DNA from: Gemmatimonadota bacterium
GTDB taxonomy: Bacteria > Gemmatimonadota > Gemmatimonadetes > Gemmatimonadales > GWC2-71-9
NCBI GenBank assembly: GCA_003223395.1
Contig: QHUZ01000040.1
Location: 69,381 to 133,380, forward strand
DNA: 64,000 bases
Direction of reading: 5' to 3'
Below are positions 9,205-17,460 of the stretch, one piece after another. Position 1 is the first letter of the stretch. Each line of letters starts with the position of its first letter. The position numbers and the translations under genes are program-made. The notes under the pieces are model-generated. The model saw only the letters and a list, made by a program, of their open reading frames with translations, had not been told where the DNA came from and did no database searches.

Positions 9205-9557
9205 TGCTCGAGGAGAAAGCGGAAGAACTGGGTCGGCTGCTCGGCCAGACGGACGAGTACAAGGCGCTGCGTCGCGCAACGGAGGCACTCCGGGAAGATC
9301 AGGCGGTGCAAAAGGCGCTCGCGGAAGCGGAGCGCCTGGCGCAGGAGATCGAGCGCGTCGCGCAACAGGGCAAAGAACCGTCGAAGGAGCAGGTCGAGCA
9401 ATACGACCGCGCCCTCCAAAGCGTGCAGGGGAATTCGGTGTATCAGCAGATGGTCGCGGCGCAGTCGAATTTCGAGAAGCTGATGAACCGGATTAATGCG
9501 CGGATTTACGAGGGCATCAAGAAGGGCGCCGCGAGTCCCATCATCACGCTCGGATGA
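9204..9557 (+). CDS. YlbF/YmcA (UPF0342)-like helical protein
   Basis: GTG 9204 overlaps the prmC stop, with GGAGGA upstream. The 117-aa all-helical sequence (EKAEELGRLLGQTDEYKALRRATEAL...VYQQMVAAQSNFEKLMNRINARI) resembles the YlbF family. Confidence 0.55.
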   Translation: MLEEKAEELGRLLGQTDEYKALRRATEALREDQAVQKALAEAERLAQEIERVAQQGKEPSKEQVEQYDRALQSVQGNSVYQQMVAAQSNFEKLMNRINARIYEGIKKGAASPIITLG

Positions 9558-10180
9558 CGTTCGTCGTCGTGGAGGGCCCGGAAGGGGCGGGCAAATCGAC
9601 CTTGGTGCGCTGGCTCGGCACCACGCTACGCGCCGAAGGGCGGGCCGTACTGACGGTCCGCGAGCCGGGCGGGACACCCATCGCCGAGGCTGCGCGGAAA
9701 TTGGCGTTGAAATCGCGCCACGACCGGGCATTTGGCGCCGAGTTGTTCCTGTTCCTGGCGGCGCGCGCCGATCTGGTGGAGCGCGTCATCCGGCCGGCGC
9801 TGGCGAATGGGCAGGTGGTCATTGCCGACCGGTTCGGATTGTCCACGATCGCCTATCAGGTTGCCGGACGAGGGCTGCCGCGCGCCGATGTGGAGGCGGC
9901 GTTGCGCGTGGCGACGGGCGGCTTGGTCCCCGACCTCACGCTCATCCTGGACATCCCGGTGACCGTGGGGCGGGAGCGCCAGCGGTCGGCCGGGAAGGCG
10001 CAAGACCGTATCGAGCGCGAAGATGACGCGTTTCACACACGGGTCCGTGAGGCGTATCGCAGCGCATCCGGGCCCGGGATTGTCCATATTGATGCCAGTC
10101 AACCCAAGAAGGCCGTCCAGGACGCCGCCTGGCGGGAAGTCGCCGCGGCAACAGGAGCGCTTTCACTGAGGAGTACATGA
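9554..10180 (+). CDS. tmk: Thymidylate kinase
   Basis: ATGA overlap. P-loop FVVVEGPEGAGKST, and the DRF motif (VIADRFGLSTIAYQ). Confidence 0.9.
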   Translation: MTFVVVEGPEGAGKSTLVRWLGTTLRAEGRAVLTVREPGGTPIAEAARKLALKSRHDRAFGAELFLFLAARADLVERVIRPALANGQVVIADRFGLSTIAYQVAGRGLPRADVEAALRVATGGLVPDLTLILDIPVTVGRERQRSAGKAQDRIEREDDAFHTRVREAYRSASGPGIVHIDASQPKKAVQDAAWREVAAATGALSLRST

Positions 10181-11808
10181 TGATTCGCCATAAAGGGTTT
10201 GTCGTTGCCGCCGTCGCGTCCGTTGCGCTGGTCTCCGGTGCCTGGTTCCTCCAGCGCGAAACGGAGCCGGCCGGTTCGGTCTACCAGCAGGCGCGCTTGT
10301 TCGACGACGTGCTGGCGCATGTCGCCGACTATTACGTCGATTCGCTCGACGAGCGCCAGCTCTATCAGATGGCGATCGACGGCATGCTCGACCAGCTGCA
10401 CGACCCCTACTCGATCTTCCTGAAGCCTGAGGACTTCCGGCAGCTGTCCGAAGCGACGACCGGCAATTACTCGGGATTGGGCATTCAGATCGACGTGCGT
10501 GGTGGGTGGATCACCGTAGTCGCACCGCTCCCGGACACACCGGCTGAGCGTGCCGGCATTCAAACGGGCGATCTGATCGTCGCGCTCGATGGCAAATCCA
10601 CCGAAGGGTGGAAACAGGACTCGGCGGTGAAAGCGCTGCGGGGCCCGGCGGGAACAAACGCGGAGCTCCAGATCCGGCGCGCCGGCATCGACAAGCCGAT
10701 CACGTACAAACTCACTCGGGCGAATATTCACATCCGCTCGGTCGATCCACGGATCACGATGATGCTCGACGACCGCGTCGGGTACATCGCGCTCAGCCCA
10801 GTTAGCGAGAGCTCGACCCGGGACGTCAGCCAGGCGATCGACACCCTGCTCAAGCAGGGGATGAAGTCGCTCATCTTCGATCTCCGCGGCAACCCGGGGG
10901 GGCTGCTCGATCAGGGCGTCGCGGTGTCGGATCTGTTTCTCGATCCTGGCAAGGCGATCGTGGAGACCCGGGGCCGCGCGCCCGGTTCATCGCACGAGTT
11001 CAGCGACACCAAGCCGCAGCAGTGGCCGCGCCTGCCGATCGTCGTGATCGTGAACGGCGGCTCGGCGAGCGCCGCGGAGATCATTGCCGGCGCGCTGCAG
11101 GATCACGACCGTGCCGTGCTGATCGGGACTCCGACCTTCGGCAAGGGGCTGGTGCAGTCGTTTTGGCGGCTCACGCCCGAAACGGGGCTCAAGCTGACGA
11201 CCGCGCGCTGGTACACGCCCAGTGGCCGGACGATTCAGCGCGTCACGCGCAACGAGTCGGAGCAGGTAGCACAGGTGCTCGCGGCAGACCGCGGGCAAGA
11301 CACGAAGATCGATTCCACGGCGGTGTTCCATACTGACGCCGGCCGGACGATCTACGGGGGCGGCGGGATCCGGCCCGACATCTACGTTGTCCCCGACACC
11401 TTTACGACGGCCGAGCGGGCGTTCGTCAAGGCGCTCGGGGATAAGGTTCCGCTGTTCCGCGATGCGCTGACGACGTACGCGATCGAGCTGAAGGAGGGCA
11501 ACCGCCTCCAGTCGCCGAACTTCACGGTCACGCAGGCCATGGTGGACGACATCGTGCGCCGGCTCCGCACCAAGGGGGCCGACCTGCCGGATTCCGTGAT
11601 CGCGGGTGCGCGGACGCTGATCACGCAGGAATTGGGGTACGAGGCGGCGCGCTACGTCTTCGGCCGGTCCGCGGAGTTCCGCCGCCGCATCGGGGATGAT
11701 GAGCAGATCAAGCGCGCGGTGGCGTTGGCCGACAAGGCCCGCTCGCCGCAGGATCTGCTGACACTCGCAAACCGCCCGCCCGCGCTGCCGACGGTCCGCA
11801 ATCGGTGA
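10177..11808 (+). CDS. S41 family C-terminal processing peptidase with PDZ domain
   Basis: ATGA overlap. PDZ (GLGIQIDVRGGWITVVAPLPDTPAERAGIQTGDLIVALDG). Catalytic Ser block NGGSASAAEIIAGALQD and Lys block GTPTFGKGLVQ. Confidence 0.9.
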   Translation: MMIRHKGFVVAAVASVALVSGAWFLQRETEPAGSVYQQARLFDDVLAHVADYYVDSLDERQLYQMAIDGMLDQLHDPYSIFLKPEDFRQLSEATTGNYSGLGIQIDVRGGWITVVAPLPDTPAERAGIQTGDLIVALDGKSTEGWKQDSAVKALRGPAGTNAELQIRRAGIDKPITYKLTRANIHIRSVDPRITMMLDDRVGYIALSPVSESSTRDVSQAIDTLLKQGMKSLIFDLRGNPGGLLDQGVAVSDLFLDPGKAIVETRGRAPGSSHEFSDTKPQQWPRLPIVVIVNGGSASAAEIIAGALQDHDRAVLIGTPTFGKGLVQSFWRLTPETGLKLTTARWYTPSGRTIQRVTRNESEQVAQVLAADRGQDTKIDSTAVFHTDAGRTIYGGGGIRPDIYVVPDTFTTAERAFVKALGDKVPLFRDALTTYAIELKEGNRLQSPNFTVTQAMVDDIVRRLRTKGADLPDSVIAGARTLITQELGYEAARYVFGRSAEFRRRIGDDEQIKRAVALADKARSPQDLLTLANRPPALPTVRNR

Positions 11809-12704
11809 CCCAACAGTCTTCCCGCGCGATCGGGCTCATCGGGCCCGGTCGCGCGGGAGTCGGACTGGCTCTAGCTCTGGCCCAGGCGGGATACTCCGTC
11901 CGCCTTCACGGGCGAAATAAGAAAAGCGTACCAGCACCCCTCACCTTGACGGTTGGCGACGGGAGCAAGCCACCGTCGTGGATCGCCGACGTCGGGGTCG
12001 TGATCCTCACGGTCCGCGACGACGCCATCACGCCCCTCGCGACGTCCTTGGCGAGCGCGCGTGTCATCAGCGAGCGACACGTCGTCCTGCATCTCTCGGG
12101 CGTCCAGGGTCAGGAGGCGCTCGGCCCACTCGTTACCAGCCGCGCGGCGCTCGGCTCGTTTCATCCCCTGCAAACCATCGTCGAGCCGGAGCTGACGCCG
12201 GCGCGTCTCAAAGGGGCCTGGGCCGCCGTCGAGGGAATGCCGCGTGCGGTCGAGACGGGAGAACAGATCGCCAAGGATCTCCGGATGCGGCCGTTCCGGA
12301 TCGCCACCAAATCCAAGGCGATTTATCACGCGGGTGCCGTGTTTGCCTCGAACTATCTCGTGGTGGTCGAAGCGATCGCGCAGCGTCTGTTGCGCCACGC
12401 CGGGCTATCGGATGCCGACGCCTGGGCGGCGCTGCGGCCGCTGGTCGAAGGGACGTTCGAGAACTTGAGCCGGCACGAGCCGCGCGAAGCCCTCACGGGG
12501 CCGGTCATGCGGGGCGACACCGCCACGATCATCCGGCATCTCGAGTCGCTGGCCATCGACGACGCGAAGCTGTACCGCACGCTCGGGCGCGCGGCGCTCG
12601 AGCTGGCGCAGAAACAGGGGATGGACGATGAGACTGCGGAGAAAGTCGCCGCCGCGCTGGCTACTGATCGACCACCCGTACTCCGGAAGTCGGGCCGAAT
12701 CTAA
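11805..12704 (+). CDS. Rossmann-fold protein, DUF2520/ProC-like putative oxidoreductase
   Basis: GTGA overlap. N-terminal dinucleotide-binding IGLIGPGRAGVGLALALAQAGY. The C-terminal helical domain resembles DUF2520. Confidence 0.55.
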   Translation: MTQQSSRAIGLIGPGRAGVGLALALAQAGYSVRLHGRNKKSVPAPLTLTVGDGSKPPSWIADVGVVILTVRDDAITPLATSLASARVISERHVVLHLSGVQGQEALGPLVTSRAALGSFHPLQTIVEPELTPARLKGAWAAVEGMPRAVETGEQIAKDLRMRPFRIATKSKAIYHAGAVFASNYLVVVEAIAQRLLRHAGLSDADAWAALRPLVEGTFENLSRHEPREALTGPVMRGDTATIIRHLESLAIDDAKLYRTLGRAALELAQKQGMDDETAEKVAAALATDRPPVLRKSGRI

Positions 12705-13323
12705 ACTCGCGAGCGGGAATAGCCCCGTTCACTGTGAGGTTCTGCAGCGTAATCGTGCGCCGTTGTCCCGAATTCTCGACAATCTCGATCCGCCGTATCA
12801 ACCCATCCTGTTTCGCGATCCACACCGTGGCTGCTGAGTAGGGCAGATCGGTCAGGCGCGGCGTCAGCGCGATGACCTCGACCGCCACGTCGCCGATGGA
12901 ATCCGTGCGCACATAGCGGGCATTGTAGCGCTCGCGCGGGTGCTCGACGAATTGCCCGATGAGATTGGGACCCGTGGTTCCCGTGCCGGGAATCGTGCTG
13001 CGAATCACTTGCCCCGGTGTCGTGCTCGGCGTGTAGAGCCAGAGGCGGCGGCCGTCGGCGACGATACGATCGTTCTTGGGGTCCGTGAATCGCATCGCGA
13101 AGTAGTTCGGCTTCTGCTGGTACAGCCGGCCCCGTGTGGTGTCGGGATCGCCGAGCATGGGGTTGTCGATGATCTGGACGAAGTCGGCCGCGAGGGTGCG
13201 GACTGTGTCGAAGGAGGCGCTGGCGCGATCGAGAATCGGCGTGGGATCCTGAGGAATGATGGAATGATGGAATGATGGAATGAGGGCGACCAATGCAATC
13301 ATTCCAACATTCCAACGTTCCAT
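12661..13323 (-). CDS. lolA: LolA-like outer-membrane lipoprotein carrier protein
   Basis: FDTVRTLAADFVQ...GRLYQQKPNYFAMRFTDPKNDRIVADGRRLWLYTP matches the LolA pattern. The N-terminal signal region is encoded by an octamer repeat array. The 3' end overlaps the convergent gene by 44 nt. Confidence 0.7.
   Translation of the reverse strand: MERWNVGMIALVALIPSFHHSIIPQDPTPILDRASASFDTVRTLAADFVQIIDNPMLGDPDTTRGRLYQQKPNYFAMRFTDPKNDRIVADGRRLWLYTPSTTPGQVIRSTIPGTGTTGPNLIGQFVEHPRERYNARYVRTDSIGDVAVEVIALTPRLTDLPYSAATVWIAKQDGLIRRIEIVENSGQRRTITLQNLTVNGAIPAREFRFGPTSGVRVVDQ
13253..13323. repeat. Inverted arrays of tandem octamers (GGAATGAT x4, 15-nt spacer, CATTCCAA-type x3)
   Basis: GGAATGAT at 13253, 13261 and 13269; GGAATGAG at 13277. 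CATTCCAA at 13300 and 13308; CGTTCCAT at 13316, whose CAT is the lolA-like start codon. The patch is AT-rich in a GC-rich genome. Confidence 0.85.
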
Positions 13324-13326
13324 CGT

Positions 13327-14367
13327 TCAGGCGCCCACCGCAGCCGGTTCAGCGACGCGTCGCCCAATCGCCTCAGCGATGATTCGGACCTCCCGCATCA
13401 ATTGCGCAAACTGGTCCGGGAAGAGCGACTGCGCGCCGTCCGACAGCGCTTCTTCGGGGTTCGGATGGACTTCGACCATGATCCCGTCGGCGCCTGCGGC
13501 AATCGCTGCGCGCGCCATCGGGATCACCTTGTCGCGTAAGCCGGTGCCGTGCGACGGGTCGGCGATGATCGGCAGATGCGACAGTTTGTGGACGACCGGG
13601 ATGGCCGTCAGATCGAAGAGATTCCGCGTCGCGGTATCGAAGCTGCGGACGCCCCGCTCGCAGAGAACAACGTCGTGGTTGCCTTCAGCCAGCAAATACT
13701 CGGCCGATAGCAACAGCTCCTGCACCGTCGCGCTGATCCCGCGCTTGAGCAACACCGGCTTGCCGCAGCGCCCAGCGACCTTGAGCAGTGAGAAATTCTG
13801 CATGTTCCGCGCGCCGATCTGCACGATATCGGCCATCTCGGCGACCCAGCCGAGGCCGCTCTCATCCATCGCCTCGGTGCAGATCAGCAGTCCCGTTTCT
13901 TCGCGCGCCTTCGCGAGCAGCCGCAGGCCGGGCTTGCCGAGTCCCTGGAAGGAGTAGGGCGAGCTGCGCGGTTTCCAGGCACCCCCACGAAGGACGACGG
14001 CACCGGCTTCCTTTACTTGCCGTGCGGCCTCGATGATCTGCCGTTCGGTTTCGACGGAGCAGGGACCCGCGATCACAACGACTTCGCTGCCGCCGAATGT
14101 GACCCCTCCGGCGAGACGGACAATGGTCGGCTCGGCTTTCCATTCCCGGCTGACCTGCTTGTACGGCTGCGAGACGTGGATGACCTCCTGGACGCCTGGC
14201 AGTCCTTCGAGACGTGACGCGTCGACGCGGCCGTCGTTGCCCACAAGGCCGACCGCCGTGCGCTGCGCGCCGGGCATGGGCTGCGCCTGATAGCCCATCT
14301 CCTCGATGACAGAGATGACTTTCTGGACTTCATTGGGCGTGGCTCCATGCCGCATCACGATCAGCAC
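13327..14367 (-). CDS. 3-deoxy-7-phosphoheptulonate (DAHP) synthase, type I-beta with an N-terminal ferredoxin-like regulatory domain
   Basis: GTG 14367 sits 9 nt after GGAG and 2 nt after the upstream stop. [14 protein letters not shown]...VIAGPCSVE...[19 protein letters not shown]...DPSHG matches Thermotoga-type DAHPS/KDO8PS-fold enzymes. Confidence 0.85.
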   Translation of the reverse strand: MLIVMRHGATPNEVQKVISVIEEMGYQAQPMPGAQRTAVGLVGNDGRVDASRLEGLPGVQEVIHVSQPYKQVSREWKAEPTIVRLAGGVTFGGSEVVVIAGPCSVETERQIIEAARQVKEAGAVVLRGGAWKPRSSPYSFQGLGKPGLRLLAKAREETGLLICTEAMDESGLGWVAEMADIVQIGARNMQNFSLLKVAGRCGKPVLLKRGISATVQELLLSAEYLLAEGNHDVVLCERGVRSFDTATRNLFDLTAIPVVHKLSHLPIIADPSHGTGLRDKVIPMARAAIAAGADGIMVEVHPNPEEALSDGAQSLFPDQFAQLMREVRIIAEAIGRRVAEPAAVGA

Positions 14368-14369
14368 GA

Positions 14370-15149
14370 CTAGCGTCTCCCGTCTCCAATGGTGAAACGA
14401 TCTCCGTCCTTCGCCGCGGATACCGGTCCGCGAAAGCGGGTACCGGCAAGTTTTGCCGGGTCCGAAGTCTCTACCGGAGGATAGAAGTGCGTCAAGACGA
14501 GACGCTTTGCCGCCGCCTCTTTGGCGAGGTCCCCAGCCCGTTCGGGCGTCAGGTGGTTGTCCATGGCCATCGACTCGGGGAGCGAGCACTCCGCGAGCAG
14601 CAGATCACACCCAGTCGCCCAGCGCGCCAGCTCGCTGCTGGGCCCAGTGTCGCCGGTGTAGACGAGACGGCCCTCCGGTGCGACGAGCGAGACGGCCACG
14701 CTCTCCGTGGTATGCGGCACCGGAAAAGTCTCGAGACTCACATCGGCGTTCAGCGGAAATGGCTCACCGTCGCGCACGTCGAGAATGCCGATCGGGAATC
14801 CCGGATCGAGCAGCCAACCGCCGTAGCCTTCGGCCAGGGTGCGGAGCAGCTGCACGACCCCCGGCGGGCCGAGGATGACGAACGGTTCGCGGCGCGGCGG
14901 GTCGGTCGTGTACTTGAGCGCGTACACGAGCATCGGCAGCTCACCCCAATGGTCGGGGTGGAAGTGGGTCAGGATGACGTGCGAGACCTGATGCCAGGGC
15001 AGCCCGAACTCCGCGAGCCGGTGCAAGGCGCCGGCCCCGCAGTCGAGCAGGATCCGGAGGTCGCCGCGCTGGACCCAGTGACAGGCTGCGGTGCGGCGGG
15101 CTGATGGTGCGACAGTCCCGGTGCCGACGGTAACGAGTTCCATACTCAC
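14370..15149 (-). CDS. MBL-fold metallo-hydrolase (RNase Z-like)
   Basis: HxHxDH motif ([10 protein letters not shown]). GTGA overlap with the upstream S8 peptidase stop; the alternative start is ATG 15143. Confidence 0.8.
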   Translation of the reverse strand: MSMELVTVGTGTVAPSARRTAACHWVQRGDLRILLDCGAGALHRLAEFGLPWHQVSHVILTHFHPDHWGELPMLVYALKYTTDPPRREPFVILGPPGVVQLLRTLAEGYGGWLLDPGFPIGILDVRDGEPFPLNADVSLETFPVPHTTESVAVSLVAPEGRLVYTGDTGPSSELARWATGCDLLLAECSLPESMAMDNHLTPERAGDLAKEAAAKRLVLTHFYPPVETSDPAKLAGTRFRGPVSAAKDGDRFTIGDGRR

Positions 15150-17416
15150 TTTCCCCGAAAGACGATCCGCTTGAATACGAGCAAGCCCGGCGCCTTGAGC
15201 TTGGCGAGATACACGCCGGCCGGCAACGGGTGCCCATCATCGGCGCGGCCATCCCACATCAGCCGCGGGTCGCAGATGCCGCCCGCCCCGCTACCGCGCC
15301 CGTAGCGGCCCGGGGCCAAAACGCCCGGGAAATCGGGGCCGGGAACGAAGCGGCGGACCCGGTTGCCCCGCAGGTCGAGGATGTCGAGCTGCACGTTGCC
15401 GGCGATCGCCAGGTCGAACCACAGGCACGTCGAGTCCCGGCCGGCGGCGGGGAAGGGGTTCGGGAAATTCTGGTAGAGCAGCGTGGCCGTCGGCATACCC
15501 AGATCTACGACGAGAAACGATCCCTGGCTTCGGACGATGCTGGTATCGGTTCCGGCGTGGACCACAAGCAGCCACCGGTACGCGGTATTGCGCTCGAGCG
15601 GTTGGGGGAGCTGGAACGTGGAGTCGGTCAGATTCGTGAAGGTGGATTCGATCACACTCGTCGCCACGCGCTGCACTTCGAGGTCGAACGTCAGTGGTCC
15701 CGGCGGTGACGACACCTGGAGAGGCTTCCAGGTGAACGTGGGTTGTGCCGTGTCGATGACCATGCCGGCGGGATTGCTGAGCGACTTCAGTGTTGCCCAG
15801 GGAGGAATGACCACTGGACCGATCAGGCCGGTCGTCGCGGTCTCGCCGCCCGGCGCACTGGCGTCTACTCGCCAGAACACACTCCCGGGCTTGAGCGCGC
15901 GCGGCGGCACGAACGTCTCGGTGGTGAGCAGCGTGTCGACGAGTGCCGGAGACAGGCTCGAATCTCGACTGAGGCGCAGGCGGTACGTCACCGGGGTGGC
16001 GAACGGCGGTATGGGTCCCACCATCCACGAGAACGTTGGGGTGATCGTCGACACGGGACCGCCCGCGGGCAGTGGGCTGGTCGCCGTCACGCCGTTCGGG
16101 AATACCGCGGCTGCGGCGACGTCTGGACGACCCCAGCCGTAGCTCGAGTCGGGTGCGGCCCGCTTGGTGGCCGTGCGCCGAAATGCCGCGCGCAGGTCCA
16201 TGGGAAGCAGCGTCGGATGTATCTGTTTCACGAGTGCCGCGCCGGCAGCGAGGATGGGTGTGGCGAACGACGTACCATCCTCGCGCAGAACATGATTGAC
16301 TCCCGTCAGCACGCAGACCGCGACTCCTGGTGCGGTGAAGTCCGGCTTGATGCGCCCGTCCGCGGTGGGCCCGCGCGACGAAAAGCCCGCAATCGTTCCT
16401 AGCGAGTCCTCCGCGCCGATCGCGAGCACGGAATCACCATCGGCCGGAGTCGAGATCGATCGCGGGAGCGGTCCGTCGTTGCCGGCGGCGGTGACGACCA
16501 GGATGCCGCGCTGTGCGGCCATGTCGGCGGCGACCGTCGTGACGGCGACGTCGCCGTTCAGCTGCGACGGCGTGTAGCTGAAGCCGTTGTCGAAGCTCAG
16601 GTAGCCGAGGCTCGACGACACAATGTCCACGCCGATCGAATCGGCCCACTCCAGCGCGGCGACGTAGTTGTCCTCCTCGACGCGTGTCTCGCTGCGGATG
16701 TCCTCGGTCTTGGCGAGCAGGAAGCTCGCGCCGCGTGCGATCCCATGGAGCCGGCCCGCGACCTCAGCGGCGAAGAGGGACCAGGTGGAGGTGCCATGGG
16801 ACTGGGCGCCCAGGACATCCTTGCCAGGCTCGTCTCGTACGATGTCGTCATTGAAAACGAAATCGTGCTGGGCGGTGATCGTGATCCCGTTGAACGCGGG
16901 ATTCGCGGTATCGAAGCCGGTATCGAAGATCCCCACGCGAACACCGGTCCCGTCGATCCCGGGGTCGGTGAGCGGCCGCAGATGCAGCTGGCGGTATGGC
17001 ATCTCGGAGGGGCCCAGCACCGGATCGTCGCCAGGCGAGACACCGCAGGTGTCCCCCGGTCCTGCGCCGGGCGCGGCAATGATGCGTGGTGCGGGCAGCG
17101 GGCGCCGCAGCTTGAAGCGTCCGAGCGGCTGAACGCGCTTCAGATCACGGTCTTCGAGGAGCCGGCGCAGGGCGGCCGCAGGCACATCGGCGCTGACGGC
17201 GTGCAGCCAGCGGCTCTGGACGCGGACCCGTGCCCCGAGCGCCGCGACGCGCGCGCTGATCGTATCGAGCGAAGCCGTTGGGCGCGCGAACAGCCAGACC
17301 GAAACTGTGGTGTCTTGCACGCGACTGAGCAGGCGCGGCAAGACTGGGGAAACGGCTGGCCGCTGCGCGGCCAACCCAGCAGGCAGGAAAACGAGCCAGA
17401 TGAACCGCCGGATCAC
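15146..17416 (-). CDS. Secreted S8 (subtilisin-like) serine peptidase with a C-terminal FlgD-Ig/T9SS-like sorting domain
   Basis: Catalytic triad blocks VRVGIFDTGFD, SHGTSTWS and GTSFATPILAG. Signal peptide MIRRFIWLVFLPAGLAAQ. C-terminal LYQNFPNPFP...AGVYLAKLKA block. Confidence 0.85.
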   Translation of the reverse strand: MIRRFIWLVFLPAGLAAQRPAVSPVLPRLLSRVQDTTVSVWLFARPTASLDTISARVAALGARVRVQSRWLHAVSADVPAAALRRLLEDRDLKRVQPLGRFKLRRPLPAPRIIAAPGAGPGDTCGVSPGDDPVLGPSEMPYRQLHLRPLTDPGIDGTGVRVGIFDTGFDTANPAFNGITITAQHDFVFNDDIVRDEPGKDVLGAQSHGTSTWSLFAAEVAGRLHGIARGASFLLAKTEDIRSETRVEEDNYVAALEWADSIGVDIVSSSLGYLSFDNGFSYTPSQLNGDVAVTTVAADMAAQRGILVVTAAGNDGPLPRSISTPADGDSVLAIGAEDSLGTIAGFSSRGPTADGRIKPDFTAPGVAVCVLTGVNHVLREDGTSFATPILAAGAALVKQIHPTLLPMDLRAAFRRTATKRAAPDSSYGWGRPDVAAAAVFPNGVTATSPLPAGGPVSTITPTFSWMVGPIPPFATPVTYRLRLSRDSSLSPALVDTLLTTETFVPPRALKPGSVFWRVDASAPGGETATTGLIGPVVIPPWATLKSLSNPAGMVIDTAQPTFTWKPLQVSSPPGPLTFDLEVQRVATSVIESTFTNLTDSTFQLPQPLERNTAYRWLLVVHAGTDTSIVRSQGSFLVVDLGMPTATLLYQNFPNPFPAAGRDSTCLWFDLAIAGNVQLDILDLRGNRVRRFVPGPDFPGVLAPGRYGRGSGAGGICDPRLMWDGRADDGHPLPAGVYLAKLKAPGLLVFKRIVFRGK

Positions 17417-17418
17417 TC

Positions 17419-17457
17419 GGGGCTAGGGGCTAGGGGTTAGGGCTTGGGGCCTCGGGG
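17419..17457 (+). repeat. G-tract heptamer microsatellite / G-quadruplex motif
   Basis: GGGGCTA GGGGCTA GGGGTTA GGGCTT GGGGCCTC GGGG gives six G3-4 tracts with 3-4 nt loops. It fills the 44-nt gap between the smc stop (17461) and the S8 peptidase start (17416). Confidence 0.85.
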
Positions 17458-17460
17458 AAC

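Noticed and set aside
12661-12704. A 44-nt 3'-3' overlap of convergent genes, and shared CTAG stop codons at 30154-30157 and 36008-36011.
   Set aside because: These are real in the sequence but are common consequences of a compact GC-rich genome. There is no evidence of function beyond possible transcriptional interference.
17433-17442. Telomere-like GGGGTTAGGG inside the G-tract repeat.
   Set aside because: It is a single unit within a bacterial intergenic heptamer repeat, so the resemblance to TTAGGG telomeric repeats is coincidental.
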